DNA of 49,050 bases from Candidatus Krumholzibacteriia bacterium. Lineage in GTDB: Bacteria > Krumholzibacteriota > Krumholzibacteriia > WVZY01 > JAKEHA01. Position numbers and translations under genes: made by a program. The stretch is from NCBI GenBank assembly GCA_036376395.1, contig DASVAK010000057.1, forward strand, positions 1 through 49,050. The letters are read 5' to 3'. The notes beneath the pieces were generated by a model that worked only from the letters and a program-made list of their open reading frames with translations, was not told the origin of the DNA and made no database searches. Shown in pieces: positions 27,194-37,259 of this stretch; within the stretch, counting starts at the first letter, position 1, and each line of letters begins with the position of its first letter.

Positions 27194-28555
27194 GTGAAGG
27201 CGTCGAACGTGACACGCACTTACGACCAGGACTTCCGATACCTTCTCGTCCACCTCGTGCCCCGGCATCGGCTATCTCCGGACCTCCGGCGAGATGTTGA
27301 CCGGGCCTTGCGTGGAAACGGGGCCGCCGAGATCCGGCGCCAGTCATTTCGCGCCCTGCAGTCACTCTGCGAAACATCCTACCTCGAACACGCCGGAACG
27401 GCGCGTGAGAACGGAAATGTGGTGCTCGCCTATCGCAAGCCGCTGGGGCGGATGCGCCTGAGTGTCGCACTACCACAGGCCGAATGGGAAGCACTCTCCG
27501 GGGCCAAATCGGGTGAATCTGCCCCGATCGAGGCGCCGATCGCGCCGGATGACGCAGCCCCCGCCGTCGATCCGGGACATACACGTGAACCGGGTGCGGC
27601 GGTGCTCGAAATCCTGCCCGAGATCACGCGCTCATTCGCCATCAGCGACGGCGCGCCGGTGCTCGACCGCCTCGACGAGCTGCTGCGCACGCTCGAGACA
27701 TGGCTCGGGTTCAGCGACGGTCACCTCGACGTGCTGGAGGACACCCTGGTGGTGGGGAGCGACGATCACTCGCTGCGCGTGCGCGTCGTCACCGAGGACG
27801 TGTTGCGCGAGAACGAATTCGTGCGTGGCGCGGTGGAATCCGGCGCCCGTCGTTTCGCCGGCCGGCCGGCAGCCGGGCCATCCAGCGCCGACGTTCGCGG
27901 CGTGGCGCCGATTTTCCTGCACGGCCGCGTGGTCGCCGCGTTGCAGGCACGCTTCGAGTCCGGTGACGGCACCTCGATGGACAGCCGTCTCGACGTGGCC
28001 GCGATCGTGGTGCGCAATGCGATCGAGTTCAACCACCGCTTTGCCAGCCTTACCTCGATCGATTCGCTGACCGGGGTATACAACCGGCAGTTCCTCGACC
28101 GCCAGCTCCCGGTCGAAATCGAACGCGCGATGCGCTCGGGTTCCGCGCTCTCGATGCTCGTGCTCGACGTCGATGATTTCAAACGCATCAACGACGAGCT
28201 GGGGCACAAGAAGGGCGACGAAGCGCTGGTCACCATCGCCGACATCATCCGTCGCAACCTGCGCAAGGTCGACATGCCGTTCCGCTACGGGGGCGAGGAG
28301 ATCGTGATCCTCCTGCCGGGCACGCCCGAGTTCGAGGCGCTCCACACCGCGGAACGACTGCGCCGCGTGGTGAACCAGCACCGGGGTTTCAAAGAAGCAT
28401 CGGGCAGGATACGCGACCTGTCGGTGAGCGTGGGCGTCGCGGTATATCCCGACACCGCGCGCACCGGAGAGCAGTTGTTCGCCCAGGCGGACGAGGCGAT
28501 GTACCGCGCCAAACAGCGCGGCAAGAACCAGGTGGTGTTGTACTCGAAGAAGTGA
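27194..28555 (+). CDS. diguanylate cyclase (GAF-like sensor plus GGDEF domain)
   Basis: SLTGVYNRQFL..VLDVDDFKRINDELGHKKGD..RYGGEEIVILLPG. The active site reads GGEEI, and an RxxD I-site (RKVD) lies 5 residues upstream. Start is uncertain (GTG 27194). Confidence 0.85.
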   Translation: MKASNVTRTYDQDFRYLLVHLVPRHRLSPDLRRDVDRALRGNGAAEIRRQSFRALQSLCETSYLEHAGTARENGNVVLAYRKPLGRMRLSVALPQAEWEALSGAKSGESAPIEAPIAPDDAAPAVDPGHTREPGAAVLEILPEITRSFAISDGAPVLDRLDELLRTLETWLGFSDGHLDVLEDTLVVGSDDHSLRVRVVTEDVLRENEFVRGAVESGARRFAGRPAAGPSSADVRGVAPIFLHGRVVAALQARFESGDGTSMDSRLDVAAIVVRNAIEFNHRFASLTSIDSLTGVYNRQFLDRQLPVEIERAMRSGSALSMLVLDVDDFKRINDELGHKKGDEALVTIADIIRRNLRKVDMPFRYGGEEIVILLPGTPEFEALHTAERLRRVVNQHRGFKEASGRIRDLSVSVGVAVYPDTARTGEQLFAQADEAMYRAKQRGKNQVVLYSKK

Positions 28556-28577
28556 CGCGCGCAGGGGCGCGCGCGGG

Positions 28578-30044
28578 GTGGTGGTGGCGGTGGTGTGGAT
28601 CCTCACGCTCGCCGTGGCGGCCGGGGTCGCGCGGCGTCTCGATCTTCTCCTCTATGTGCTGTGCGCGGCCGCGGCGCTCGGACGTCATCGCGGCAGCCGC
28701 GGGCGCGCAATCGCGCTCGTCGTGCTGGCGGGGGCGTGCGCGCTCCCGGGCTGGCAGGCGAGCGCGCGGTATGGGCACGAACGCGCGACCGTGGAGCGCG
28801 TCGCGACCGCTGCGGGCGGAGCACTCGTTCCGCTCGACGGCGTCGTCGCAAGCTTTCCACAAACCGGACTGCACGGAACGAGCTTCGAGCTCGAGACCCG
28901 CGTCGATGGACGGCGCGTGCGGCTCGAGGTGCGCGCGGCATCGTTCGATGTGAACTACGGCGATCTCTACCGGATGCGCGCGCGGCTGACGCGCCCCGGC
29001 GAGCGCGCGCGGTCATTTCATGCCTCGCGAGGACTCGCCGGCCAGGCACGGGTGCGCGCGGACGACATGATCCTCGTCGGGCGCGGCGGGAACCCGCTCC
29101 TTCGCGACTGCTTCTGGCCGCTGCATCGCGTCGCGCGCACGCGGCTTTCACGCGCGCTGGGACGCGATTCGGGCCTCGCGATCGGCATGCTGCTCGGTGA
29201 ACGCGCGCAGCTCGACGCCCCGGTCCGCGACGCGGTGCGGCGGCTCGGCATCACCCACCTGCTCGCCATCAGCGGCATGCATCTCACCACGCTGGCCGCG
29301 TGCGTCATCCTCATCACGCGTTCGCGCCCGCGCTGGCAGCCGTGCGCGCTGGTCGTTGCGCTGAGCGCGTACACGTTCATGGTGGGGGACGTCGAATCGC
29401 TGACGCGCGCCTACCTGATGACCCTGGTGATGCTGGCCATGCGCGCGACCATCCGCTCGCTCCGTCCGCTGGATGCGCTCGCCGCGGCGTGGTTCGTCAT
29501 GTCGGTCGCCGACCCGCTCTCGATGCGTTCGGTGGGACTGCAGCTTTCCTTCGCCGCCACGTTCGCGGTGCTGGCCTGTCTTCCGGATCTTGTGCGGGCA
29601 CAGAGTCGCGACCCGCGCCGCGCCGTGCGGATTGCGCGGCGCGTGGTGGACCCACTGGCCGCCGCGTTCGTGATGAGCGTCGCGGTGGAGCTGTTCATCG
29701 CGCCGCTCCAGCTCCACCACTTCGGCGCGCTCAGCGTGGTGGGGCCGGTTGCGACGGTGCTCTTCTTCGTACCGGTGACGGTGGTGCTGCTGGGCGCGAC
29801 CCCGGTGGTGGGGCTTGCGCTGGTCCTGCCGGCGCAGGAGTGGCCGGGAGCCGTCCTGGCGCGCCTGTCGACCCTGACCACGAGCGCGGTCGTGGCGTGC
29901 GGACGCCTCGCGCCGCCACTGCAGGCGCTGCCGGAGCCGAACCCGTGGCTGTACTACGGCGGGCTTCTCCTTGGCTGGCGGTTCCGACGGCGGCCCGTCG
30001 CGTGGGCGGCGGCCGCCGCGCTCCTCGCCGCCGCTTTCCTGTGA
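28578..30044 (+). CDS. ComEC/Rec2-family membrane protein (no beta-lactamase domain)
   Basis: LLGERAQLDAPVRDAVRRLGITHLLAISGMHL and a polytopic hydrophobic C-terminal half. 488 aa. Confidence 0.85.
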   Translation: MVVAVVWILTLAVAAGVARRLDLLLYVLCAAAALGRHRGSRGRAIALVVLAGACALPGWQASARYGHERATVERVATAAGGALVPLDGVVASFPQTGLHGTSFELETRVDGRRVRLEVRAASFDVNYGDLYRMRARLTRPGERARSFHASRGLAGQARVRADDMILVGRGGNPLLRDCFWPLHRVARTRLSRALGRDSGLAIGMLLGERAQLDAPVRDAVRRLGITHLLAISGMHLTTLAACVILITRSRPRWQPCALVVALSAYTFMVGDVESLTRAYLMTLVMLAMRATIRSLRPLDALAAAWFVMSVADPLSMRSVGLQLSFAATFAVLACLPDLVRAQSRDPRRAVRIARRVVDPLAAAFVMSVAVELFIAPLQLHHFGALSVVGPVATVLFFVPVTVVLLGATPVVGLALVLPAQEWPGAVLARLSTLTTSAVVACGRLAPPLQALPEPNPWLYYGGLLLGWRFRRRPVAWAAAAALLAAAFL

Positions 30045-30120
30045 CGCCGGTACGCCGGTTTTTGGTTGGGCGGCCCGGAGCGACCGGTGTATAGTGCGGC
30101 ATGGAAGGCGAGGGTGTTTC

Positions 30121-30747
30121 GTGACAGCGGCAAAATGCCGCGTGGCCGTTCTGGCTTCGGGCCGCGGCAGCAACTTCAAAGCGCTTGCCGAGCGCTGCCA
30201 GGATCCGGCGTTCTCCTGCATCGTAGTGTGCCTGGTCACCGATGACCGCTCCGCCCGGGCGGTGTCGGTGGCGGAGTCGTTCCACATCCCGGTGCACGCG
30301 ATCGATCCCGGCGAGCGTCGCGGGAGGCTGCGCGCCGGCGCCGAAGCGGAGATCGCGGGCCTGTGCCGCGCCGCGGGCGCGGACCTGGTCCTGCTGGCGG
30401 GTTTCATGCGCATCCTGGAGGGCGACCTGCTCGCGCAGTTTGCCGGCCGCGTCATCAACATTCACCCATCGCTGCTCCCGAGTTTCAAGGGTCTCAACGC
30501 GCAGCGCCAGGCATTCGAGTACGGCGTGCGCGTCGCCGGATGCACGGTGCACTTCGTCGACGCGTCGGTCGACGGGGGACCGATCATCCTGCAGGCCGCC
30601 GTGCCGGTGAACGACGACGATGACGTCGACCGCCTGCGCGCGCGGATCCTCGAGCAGGAGCATCGCATCGTCGTTCGCGCCGCGGACCTGTTCGCACGCG
30701 GACGGCTGCGCGTCGAGGGGCGCCGCGTTCTCGGCGCCGACGAGTAG
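30121..30747 (+). CDS. purN: phosphoribosylglycinamide formyltransferase
   Basis: GTG 30121 follows GAAGGCGAGGG. Motifs: VAVLASGRGSNF, INIHPSLLPSFKG, GCTVHFVDASVDGGPII. Confidence 0.9.
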   Translation: MTAAKCRVAVLASGRGSNFKALAERCQDPAFSCIVVCLVTDDRSARAVSVAESFHIPVHAIDPGERRGRLRAGAEAEIAGLCRAAGADLVLLAGFMRILEGDLLAQFAGRVINIHPSLLPSFKGLNAQRQAFEYGVRVAGCTVHFVDASVDGGPIILQAAVPVNDDDDVDRLRARILEQEHRIVVRAADLFARGRLRVEGRRVLGADE

Positions 30748-30796
30748 TCTGGTTTCGGGCAGTCCGTATTTCGCACTGACATACAAGGAGCGCAAT

Positions 30797-31696
30797 ATGC
30801 CGCACGCACTCGCAAGCACGGCCGAGCTGGGACTCAAGCCCACGCGCGCCGGAAAAGTACGCGACGTTTTCGATCTCGGTGACAAGCTGCTGATCGTATC
30901 CACCGACCGGTTGAGCGCATACGACGTCATCCTGCCCACGCGCCTCCCCGCCAAGGGTGTGCTGCTCACGCAGATCACGCTGGGCTGGTACGAACACTTC
31001 GGCACAAAGCTGCGCACACACTTCATCACGTCGGATGTGGCCGAGTATCCGGCGCCGTTCAAGAATCGCGCGGAGCTTGCCGGGCGCAGCATGCTGGTCA
31101 CGAAGGCGGAGCGGTTCGACATCGAATGCGTGGTGCGCGGTTACCTCAGCGGGTCGGGGTGGAAGGAATACAAGTCGTCGCGTTCGGTGTGCGGGATCCG
31201 CCTGCCCGACGGGCTCACCGAATCCGCCGAGCTGCCGGAGCCGATTTTCACGCCGGCGACCAAGGCCGACGAGGGCCACGACGAGAACATCTCCTTCGAG
31301 CGGATGTGCGAGGTCGTGCCGCGCGCCCACGCGGAGGCGCTGCGCGACCTGAGCATCGACCTCTACCGCCAGGGCCGCGACTATGCCCGCGAGCGCGGCA
31401 TCATCCTGGCCGACACCAAATTTGAATTCGGCCTCGTGAACGGCCACATTACCCTGATCGACGAGGTGCTGACGCCGGACTCGTCGCGCTTCTGGCCGGC
31501 CGACAAGTACGCGCCCGGGCGCGCACAGGAGAGCTTCGACAAGCAGTTCGTCCGCGACTACCTGGATTCGAGCGGGTGGGACCACAACCCGCCCGGGCCG
31601 GAGCTGCCCGCCGACGTGGTCAAGAAGACCATCGCCCGGTACCGTGAGGCGCACGACCGGCTGTTCCCGCATCGCGACGTGGAGAAATACCTGTGA
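30797..31696 (+). CDS. purC: phosphoribosylaminoimidazole-succinocarboxamide synthase
   Basis: ATG 30797 follows AAGGAG. Motifs: GKVRDVF, STDRLSAYD, ILADTKFEFG. Confidence 0.95.
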   Translation: MPHALASTAELGLKPTRAGKVRDVFDLGDKLLIVSTDRLSAYDVILPTRLPAKGVLLTQITLGWYEHFGTKLRTHFITSDVAEYPAPFKNRAELAGRSMLVTKAERFDIECVVRGYLSGSGWKEYKSSRSVCGIRLPDGLTESAELPEPIFTPATKADEGHDENISFERMCEVVPRAHAEALRDLSIDLYRQGRDYARERGIILADTKFEFGLVNGHITLIDEVLTPDSSRFWPADKYAPGRAQESFDKQFVRDYLDSSGWDHNPPGPELPADVVKKTIARYREAHDRLFPHRDVEKYL

Positions 31697-33255
31697 AGAA
31701 GACCATGAAGATGTCCACCGCGCTCATCAGTGTCACCGACAAGACCGGACTTCCCGAGCTGGCCGCCGCGCTGTCGGAGCTCGGCATCCACCTGATCGCG
31801 TCGTCGGGTACGCGTGCGTTCCTCGAGGAGCGGGGGATTCCGGTGGAGGAAATCTCGGCGTACACCGCGAGCCCCGAGATCCTGGGCGGGCGCGTGAAGA
31901 CGCTGCACCCGAAGATCCACGGCGGCATTCTCGCCGACCGCGACAACCCCGAACACGTGCGCACGCTCGACGCGCACGGCACGCCGCCGATCGACTTCGT
32001 GATCGTGAACCTCTACCCGTTCGAGGCCAAGTACCGCGAGAAGCTCACGCCGTCCGAGATGATCGAGTACATCGACATCGGCGGCATCACGCTGATCCGC
32101 GCCGCGGCGAAGAACCACCGTCACGTGACGCTCGTCACCGACCCGTCGCAGTATGCGGCGGTGATCGACGAGCTCAGGCGCGACGGCGCGACGACGCTGG
32201 CAACGCGCACGCGCCTCGCCGCGGACGCCTTCGCGTTGACGGCGACGTACGACGCCGCCATCAGCCGCTTCATGCGGACGCAGGCCCCGTCGGAGGGGCT
32301 GCCCGACCGGCTCCCGGTCGGCCTGGTCAAGGTGACCGACGTGCGTTACGGCGAGAACCCGCACCAGCGCGGCGCGCTGTACCGCACCATCGGCGACTCG
32401 CCGCTGGTCAGCATGACGGTGACACAGGGCAAGGAGCTCTCGTTCAACAATTACCTCGACGTGCTGGGGGCCTTCGCGCTGGTGCGCGACCTCGGCCCGG
32501 GCAGCATCGCGATCATCAAGCACAACAACCCGTGCGGCGCGGCGTGGCTCGGTGACGTCCTCGCGTCGTGGAAGCGCGCGCTCAAGACCGACCCGGTGAG
32601 CGCGTTCGGCGGCGTGGTGGCGGTGAACGGCGCGATCAGCGCGGCGCTCGCGGAGGAGATGAACCAGCTCTTCCTCGAGGTGGTGGTCGCGCGCCACATC
32701 GACGACGGTGCGGCGGCGCTGTTCGCGAAGAAGAAGAATCTGCGCGTCATCACCATTCCGGATACATGGTGGAGCCAGCCGGCGCCATCCCTGATGGGCG
32801 TGTGGACCAGCGATGTCGCGCTCATCCAGGACGACGACGCCGGTTTCCCCGAGCTCGAGGCCCTGAAGACGGTGACGACGCACACGCCCTCCGGCGACCA
32901 GATGAAGGCGCTCAAGATGGCGTGGCGTGTCGCCAAGCACGTGAAGTCGAACGCCATCGTGGTGGCCGACGCGGACGGCACGGTGGGAATCGGCGCCGGG
33001 CAGATGAGCCGCGTCGACTCGTCGCACCTCGCGGTGCGCAAGGCGGGCGCCGCGGGGCTCGAGGTGAAGGGAGCCGTGGCGGCGTCGGACGCGTTCTTCC
33101 CGTTCCCGGACGGCGTGCTCGAGCTCGCGAAGTCGGGCATCTCGGCGGTGATCCAGCCCGGTGGCTCGATCCGCGACGACGAGGTGATCGCCGCCGCCAA
33201 CGAGGCGAACCTGTCGATGGTGTTCACCGGACGCCGTCATTTCCGTCATCTTTAA
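31693..33255 (+). CDS. purH: bifunctional AICAR transformylase / IMP cyclohydrolase
   Basis: GTGA overlap with the purC stop, with GGAGAAA 6 nt upstream (ATG 31705 or 31711 are alternatives). Motifs: ALISVTDKTG, VKTLHPKIHGGIL, KHNNPCGAA, TGRRHFRH. Confidence 0.95.
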   Translation: MKKTMKMSTALISVTDKTGLPELAAALSELGIHLIASSGTRAFLEERGIPVEEISAYTASPEILGGRVKTLHPKIHGGILADRDNPEHVRTLDAHGTPPIDFVIVNLYPFEAKYREKLTPSEMIEYIDIGGITLIRAAAKNHRHVTLVTDPSQYAAVIDELRRDGATTLATRTRLAADAFALTATYDAAISRFMRTQAPSEGLPDRLPVGLVKVTDVRYGENPHQRGALYRTIGDSPLVSMTVTQGKELSFNNYLDVLGAFALVRDLGPGSIAIIKHNNPCGAAWLGDVLASWKRALKTDPVSAFGGVVAVNGAISAALAEEMNQLFLEVVVARHIDDGAAALFAKKKNLRVITIPDTWWSQPAPSLMGVWTSDVALIQDDDAGFPELEALKTVTTHTPSGDQMKALKMAWRVAKHVKSNAIVVADADGTVGIGAGQMSRVDSSHLAVRKAGAAGLEVKGAVAASDAFFPFPDGVLELAKSGISAVIQPGGSIRDDEVIAAANEANLSMVFTGRRHFRHL

Positions 33256-33256
33256 T

Positions 33257-34795
33257 ATGGCCAAACACGGCATCGTCATTCTCGATTACGGCAGCCAGTT
33301 CACGCAGCTCATCGCGCGCCGCATCCGCTCGAAGGGCGTTTTCTCCGAGGTGCTGCCGTGGAACACCACGCGCGAGCGCGCGCTCGCGAACGAGCCGCGC
33401 GGCATCATTCTCTCGGGCGGACCGGCGAGCGTGTTCGAGCCGGGTGCACCCACGCTCCCATCCGACCTGTGGGACTGGGATGCCCCCGTGCTCGCGATCT
33501 GCTACGGCATGCAGCTCGTCGGCCGCGACCTCGGCTACGAGGTGGTGCGGGGCGGCAAGGCCGAGTACGGCCACACGCGCATCCGCGCGGACGTGAATCA
33601 CCCCTTGTTCCGCGGCACACCCGAGGACCAGTCGGTGTGGATGAGCCACGGCGACATCGTGAAGGGCAACGGCACCACGCTCAAGGTGCTCGCCACGTCC
33701 GGGACGAGCACCCTGGCCGCGTTCCACGACGAGCCGCGCCGGGTCTACGCGGTGCAGTTCCACCCCGAAGTGCACCACACCACGCACGGCGACCGCATCA
33801 TCGAGAACTTCCTGTTCGACGTGTGCCACTGCGATCGCAACTGGTCGGCGGGCGCCCTCGTCGACACGATGATCCAGGACATCCGCGACCAGGTCGGCAG
33901 CGGCCGGGTTATCTGCGCGGTGAGCGGCGGCGTCGACAGCTCGGTGGTGGCGTGCCTCGTCGACCGCGCGGTGGGGAAGAACCTCTTCTGCGTGTTCGTC
34001 GACACGGGCCTGTTGCGCGACGGCGAGCGCGACGGTGTCCGCGAACTGCTCGGCACGCACCTGAGCGCGCCGCTCGAGATCGTCGACGCGAGCGCGCGTT
34101 TTCTCGACCGGCTCAAGGGCGTCACCGACCCCGAGGAGAAGCGGCGCCGCATCGGCGCGCTCTTCATCGAAGTCTTCGAGGAAGTGAGCACGAAGTTCGG
34201 ACCGTTCGACTTCCTCGCGCAGGGGACGCTGTACCCCGACCGCATCGAGAGTTTCTCGACGGGCGGTCCGTCGGTGACGATCAAGACGCATCACAACGTC
34301 GGCGGTCTGCCCAAGGACCTGCGCTTCAAGCTGGTCGAGCCCCTGGCGCTCCTGTTCAAGGACGAGGTGCGCGCGGCGGGCGAGCGTCTCGGGCTGCCCC
34401 ACGAACAGCTCCGGCGCCACCCGTTCCCGGGACCCGGGCTCGCGGTGCGCGTGCTGGGCGAGGTGACCGCCGACCGGCTCGCCGTCCTGCGCCACGCGGA
34501 CCGCATCTTCATCGACGCGCTCAAGGAGCACAACCTCTACGACAGCGTCTGGCAGGCGGCCGCGATCTTGCTTCCAGTTCGTAGCGTGGGTGTGATGGGG
34601 GATGCCCGTACCTATTCGTTCCCCATTGTTCTTCGCGCCGTGACGAGCACGGACGGAATGACGGCGGATTGGGCCGACCTGCCCGCCGCGTTCCTGCGCG
34701 ACGTATCCAGCCGCATCATCAACGAAGTGGAGCACGTCAACCGTGTTGCGTACGACATCAGCTCCAAGCCCCCCAGCACGATCGAGTGGGAATAG
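33257..34795 (+). CDS. guaA: GMP synthase (glutamine-hydrolysing)
   Basis: GATase motif ICYGMQL, ATP-pyrophosphatase motif SGGVDSSV, C-terminus KPPSTIEWE. It starts 1 nt after the purH stop. Confidence 0.95.
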   Translation: MAKHGIVILDYGSQFTQLIARRIRSKGVFSEVLPWNTTRERALANEPRGIILSGGPASVFEPGAPTLPSDLWDWDAPVLAICYGMQLVGRDLGYEVVRGGKAEYGHTRIRADVNHPLFRGTPEDQSVWMSHGDIVKGNGTTLKVLATSGTSTLAAFHDEPRRVYAVQFHPEVHHTTHGDRIIENFLFDVCHCDRNWSAGALVDTMIQDIRDQVGSGRVICAVSGGVDSSVVACLVDRAVGKNLFCVFVDTGLLRDGERDGVRELLGTHLSAPLEIVDASARFLDRLKGVTDPEEKRRRIGALFIEVFEEVSTKFGPFDFLAQGTLYPDRIESFSTGGPSVTIKTHHNVGGLPKDLRFKLVEPLALLFKDEVRAAGERLGLPHEQLRRHPFPGPGLAVRVLGEVTADRLAVLRHADRIFIDALKEHNLYDSVWQAAAILLPVRSVGVMGDARTYSFPIVLRAVTSTDGMTADWADLPAAFLRDVSSRIINEVEHVNRVAYDISSKPPSTIEWE

Positions 34796-34800
34796 CGCGA

Positions 34801-34830
34801 TTGCCGCCCCCGCGCCTCCGAAGTTATAAT
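34801..34830 (+). promoter_or_regulatory. candidate sigma70 promoter giving a leaderless transglycosylase mRNA
   Basis: TTGCCG (34801..34806), 18 nt, perfect TATAAT (34825..34830). The A of ATG 34837 is the 7th nt after the -10 box. No SD. Confidence 0.5.
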
Positions 34831-34836
34831 TAAGCC

Positions 34837-37176
34837 ATGCACCGAGTGGTACCTGGCGTGTGCGTCGCGGCCGCCGTGGTCGCGCTGGGACTCTGCGTCC
34901 CGGCCCTGTCGAAGACCACCTCCACCCTCCCTCCGGGAAATCCTGATGAGTCCGTTCTCGCGCGTGCGCGGCTGCTGGCCAGCCACGGCGAGCCCGGGCT
35001 GGCGCTCAAGACCCTCCGCGCGCACGACTTCAAGCGCGACGCGGACGCATGGTCGCTGACGGCGAGCCTCCTGGTCGAAACCGGGAACCCGGCCGCCGCC
35101 GAGAGCCTGCTCGCGGCGACCAACCCCGCCGCCCCGGGCGACCACGGCTTCGCGGGGCAGCTGGTTCGCGCCCGCCTTCTGCTCGACGCGAAACGTTACG
35201 CGGGCGCGCTCTCCGTGATCGCGTCGATGGATACCGCCTCCACGTCGCCGTACGCGGGGTACCGCGATCTCGTCGCCGCGCGTGCACTGGTCGCCGAGGG
35301 CGATCGGGCCGCGGCGCTTGGGGTCGTCGAAAAGGCGCGCGCCCATGCGCCCGCGGCGATCCGGAACGAATTCGAGTCGATGCGCATCGGTCTCTACCGC
35401 GCGCTCGACCGCCCGCAGGACGCGCTGGCTGCGGCGGTGGAAGCGGCGGGTGACGGCGGCGACGCGGCCGCGAACCGGCGTGTGCTCGAGATCCGCTTCG
35501 ATCTCGCCCTCGATGCCGACCAGCTCCCGGTGGCGCTCGCCGCCGCGCGCGAGCTCTTCGACAACCACGCTCGCTCGGCCGAGGCGCGCGCCTGCGCGTT
35601 GCGTCTCGCGGAGCTGCGCGATGCCGGGCGCATCGATACCGATCTGCTGCTCGCCTGCGCATCGGTGCTGCAGTCGCGCGGCCAGCGCGATGCGCTTCGC
35701 ACCGTGTTGCGCGGGCTCGACAAGCGCGCGCTCACCGACCACGAGCGAGAGTCCCACCGCCTGCTCTGGGGCGAGTATCACTACCTCGGCGGCGACTATT
35801 CGCGCGCGATCGCGCTCGCGCGTCCGTCGTACGGGGATCCGTCCCTGCGTCGCCGCTCGGTCCTGTTGATGGCGCGGTCGTACAAGAAGGTCGGCCGCAC
35901 CGCCGACGCTGCCACGACCTACGAAGCGTACGCGCGCGCATTCCCCAACGACGCCATCGCCGCCGAAGCGCTCTACACCGCGAGTTCGCTGCGCCGGCAG
36001 ATCGGCGAGGAGAAGGACGCGGACCGCCTCCTCGATGAGCTTCGGCACGCCTATCCGTCCACGTTCCATGGCTGGGCGGCATCGGTGGCGCGCGCGAAGG
36101 CGCTCGACGCGTCCGGCGCGCATGCCGATGCGGCCGCGATCTACGACCAGTGGCTCACGCGCTCGCGCCGCACCGACGAAGCCGCGCTGTTCTATTCGTC
36201 TCGTCTCAAGCGCTCGGACGGGGACCCGCAGGGAGGCGACGCGCTGCTCGCCGAGCTGCGCGCGGTCAATCCGTACTCGATATACGCGCAACCGGATCTG
36301 CTCTCCTCGGCGAAACGCGGCGCGCCGGCCGCGGGTCCGCTGGATTCGTGGCTCGCCGGCGCCGACCAGAAGCGGGCCGACGCCTTCGACCGCGTCCAGT
36401 CGCGGGTGCGTGCCACGGGCGCGTCGTCACCGCAGGCGCGCCTGGCGATCGATCGCGCGCGTTTCTTTCTCGCCGCGGGACTTCGCGACTGGGCCGAGGG
36501 TGAGCTCGACGTCGCGCGGCGCGAGGCCGCCGACGGCAGCGTCGAATCGATGGCGCTGGCGCGGCTGTTCGACGAGCACGCGATGCCGTGGCGCAGCGTG
36601 CGCCTCTACGAGCGCAACCGGGCCGCGATCCCGTGGAAAGAGCGCCGCGGAAGCGAGGATGACTTCCGCTACCTCACGCACCCGGTTCCGTACCCGGTGC
36701 AGGTGATGGCGGCGGCACAACGCGAGGGCATCTCGCCCGATGTGATCTACGGGATGATGCGCGAAGAGAGCTGTTTCGATACCGACGTGATCTCGCGTGC
36801 GGGGGCCGTCGGGCTGATGCAGCTCATGCCGGACACCGCGCGCCGCATCGCGCGCAAGCTGGACCTCGCGCCGGGCTCGGGCGACCGGCTCGGCGATCCC
36901 GTGGTCAACGTGTCGATCGGCTCGTGGTACGCGGCCGACCTGCTGCGCGAGGGCGACGGCAGCGTGGTGTGGATGCTCGCCGCGTACAACGCGGGACCCG
37001 GCGCGGCACGGCGCTGGATCGACCCCGGCGTCAGCGGCGACGCCGCCATCGATGCGATGGAGGCCATCGAGTTCAAGGAAACGCGCGGTTACGTCAAGCG
37101 CGTCGTCGAGTCGGCCAACGTCTACCGCACCCTCTACTTCGACGGCGGTTTCTTGCCGGCCACCCCGGCGCGCTGA
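34837..37176 (+). CDS. Slt70-like soluble lytic transglycosylase (superhelical N-domain plus SLT)
   Basis: Signal peptide, long Ala/Leu/Arg-rich helical repeats, and a catalytic region MREESCFDTDVISRAGAVGLMQLMP..AAYNAGPGAARRW. Confidence 0.9.
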   Translation: MHRVVPGVCVAAAVVALGLCVPALSKTTSTLPPGNPDESVLARARLLASHGEPGLALKTLRAHDFKRDADAWSLTASLLVETGNPAAAESLLAATNPAAPGDHGFAGQLVRARLLLDAKRYAGALSVIASMDTASTSPYAGYRDLVAARALVAEGDRAAALGVVEKARAHAPAAIRNEFESMRIGLYRALDRPQDALAAAVEAAGDGGDAAANRRVLEIRFDLALDADQLPVALAAARELFDNHARSAEARACALRLAELRDAGRIDTDLLLACASVLQSRGQRDALRTVLRGLDKRALTDHERESHRLLWGEYHYLGGDYSRAIALARPSYGDPSLRRRSVLLMARSYKKVGRTADAATTYEAYARAFPNDAIAAEALYTASSLRRQIGEEKDADRLLDELRHAYPSTFHGWAASVARAKALDASGAHADAAAIYDQWLTRSRRTDEAALFYSSRLKRSDGDPQGGDALLAELRAVNPYSIYAQPDLLSSAKRGAPAAGPLDSWLAGADQKRADAFDRVQSRVRATGASSPQARLAIDRARFFLAAGLRDWAEGELDVARREAADGSVESMALARLFDEHAMPWRSVRLYERNRAAIPWKERRGSEDDFRYLTHPVPYPVQVMAAAQREGISPDVIYGMMREESCFDTDVISRAGAVGLMQLMPDTARRIARKLDLAPGSGDRLGDPVVNVSIGSWYAADLLREGDGSVVWMLAAYNAGPGAARRWIDPGVSGDAAIDAMEAIEFKETRGYVKRVVESANVYRTLYFDGGFLPATPAR

Positions 37177-37196
37177 CGGTCGATTTTCCCCCAGGC

Positions 37197-37221
37197 ATTC
37201 CGCACCCGGAATCTTTTTCTT
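37197..37221 (+). terminator. weak terminator after the Slt-like gene
   Basis: ATTCCG-CACC-CGGAAT 6-bp stem followed by CTTTTTCTT. Confidence 0.4.
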
Positions 37222-37259
37222 ACCAGGAACCGGACCCCGCGCTACCATGCCGGAGTCCG

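Noticed and set aside
30045-30120. Possible ZTP or purine riboswitch ahead of purN-purC-purH-guaA
   Set aside because: I could not find the conserved cores in the 76-nt leader: CCGCCUGGGC-type pseudoknot for ZTP, or the purine three-way-junction motifs. A covariance-model scan would be needed to be sure.
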